This document shows positions 33,224 through 34,133 of a stretch of DNA of 34,133 bases, piece after piece. Position numbers and translations under genes: made by a program. The number at the start of each line of letters is the position of its first letter. Within the stretch, counting starts at the first letter, position 1. Source of the stretch: an uncultured Candidatus Saccharibacteria bacterium (lineage in GTDB: Bacteria > Patescibacteriota > Minisyncoccia > Sungbacterales > SURF-37); contig CAYIQX010000003.1 of assembly GCA_964365675.1 (NCBI GenBank), positions 1 through 34,133 of the forward strand. The letters are read 5' to 3'. Under the pieces are notes generated by a model, which worked only from the letters and a program-made list of their open reading frames with translations, was not told the DNA's origin and did no database searches.

Positions 33224-34133
33224 ATGCACAAAACATTAACCAAGAGACAAAAAGAGGTTCTCGACTTCATCAAGAAGTTCGTAGACAAGAAAGGATATCC
33301 TCCCACCCTCGGAGAGGTCGGAAAGAAACTTAAAGTCTCCGCCGTTTCTACGGTCCATCAACACATAACTACTCTTATCGAGAAAGGCTTCTTACAAAAG
33401 TCGGGTAGTTATACGAGGGACATTGGCATTTCCAAATCAAGTCCGATGGTTAAAATCTCCCTGCTGGGAACTATAGCCGCGGGCCAACCCATAGAGGCTA
33501 TACAGGAAAAGGAAACAATCGCTGTTCCTCAAAATACATTACCCCGATCTGGAGAGTTTTATGCATTGCGTGTAGTTGGCGACAGTATGGTTGACGAAAA
33601 CATTAACGATGGCGATATCGTCTTGGTAAAGCAACAAGCAACAGCCGATAACGGACAAAAAGTGGTAGCTTTGATTGACAACCACGAAGCAACACTAAAG
33701 AAATTCTATAAAGAACGGGGGCATGTCCGTTTACAGCCGGCAAATAGAAATATGGAACCTCTCATTTTCCGTAATGGTCGAGATGTTTCGATACAGGGAA
33801 TAGTGCTCGATGTAATTCGAGAGACAGGCGCAGAAATCCCTGAAATTGCTATCGGAAAAACAACACAGGATGCAGTGGTGCTAAAACCGTATTATGAAAA
33901 ACCAAGATTTAAGTTATATCAAGCAAACTGCTTGAATGTACTGGCCAAGCTTCCAGAAAATTCCGTTGACATGATCTTCGCTGATCCACCCTACAATCTC
34001 TCTAATGGAGGATTTACGGTTCATGCCGGCCGAATGGTGAGCGTCAACAAAGGAGCTTGGGATAAAAGCAGGGGGTTCAAAGATGACTATGATTTTCATT
34101 ACAAATGGCTGGAGGCGTGTCGAAGGGTTTTGA
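33224..34133 (+). CDS. lexA: LexA repressor fused to a DpnA-like beta-class DNA adenine methyltransferase (truncated by the window edge)
   Basis: One open frame of 303 codons: LTKRQKEVLDFI..GYPPTLGEV..STVHQH (wHTH), IAAGQP (Ala-Gly site), GDSM (Ser), ATLKKF (Lys), LQPAN, a linker, then NSVDMIFADPPYNLSNGG..VSVNKGAWDK..WLEACRRVL. Confidence 0.93.
   Translation, partial: MHKTLTKRQKEVLDFIKKFVDKKGYPPTLGEVGKKLKVSAVSTVHQHITTLIEKGFLQKSGSYTRDIGISKSSPMVKISLLGTIAAGQPIEAIQEKETIAVPQNTLPRSGEFYALRVVGDSMVDENINDGDIVLVKQQATADNGQKVVALIDNHEATLKKFYKERGHVRLQPANRNMEPLIFRNGRDVSIQGIVLDVIRETGAEIPEIAIGKTTQDAVVLKPYYEKPRFKLYQANCLNVLAKLPENSVDMIFADPPYNLSNGGFTVHAGRMVSVNKGAWDKSRGFKDDYDFHYKWLEACRRVL

Noticed and set aside
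33914-34099. 61-aa minus-strand ORF
   Set aside because: Antisense to the methyltransferase domain of the LexA fusion.
1-34133. Alternative genetic code (TGA read as Gly)
   Set aside because: Conserved genes (scpA, scpB, murD, ftsW, murG) end at TGA at their expected lengths.

Overview
Bacterial chromosomal segment in the standard code (TGA used as stop). It is most likely from a Patescibacteria/CPR (Parcubacteria-like) genome; this is inferred from a GAD-less AspRS, SD-poor core genes and the repeat families, not proven. The GC-rich core (~1.3-31 kb) carries aspS, scpA/scpB, a cell-wall cluster (S11 peptidase, mraY, D-aminoacylase, murD, ftsW, murG), gltX, M23 and trypsin-like peptidases, an Fe-S PD-(D/E)XK nuclease, a PQQ/sorbosone-type dehydrogenase, VKOR, msrA, a DEAD-box helicase and a sortase. 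Between these sit many self-contained orphan genes with strong SD sites, including a Mu Gam homologue. Both ends are AT-richer islands. The left end looks like an internally deleted recombinase-type element. The right end is a probable defence island: a coupled pair of HEPN-like genes transcribed divergently from an intact LexA fused to a DpnA-like adenine methyltransferase (missing from the ORF track), with a candidate operator between them. Short palindromic or heptameric repeats are inserted, often nested and in frame, into genes, and a 102-bp MITE-like element splits a reconstructable scpA/scpB ATGA overlap. No rRNA, tRNA or CRISPR array was seen. All family calls come from motif recognition by eye; no database searches were run.
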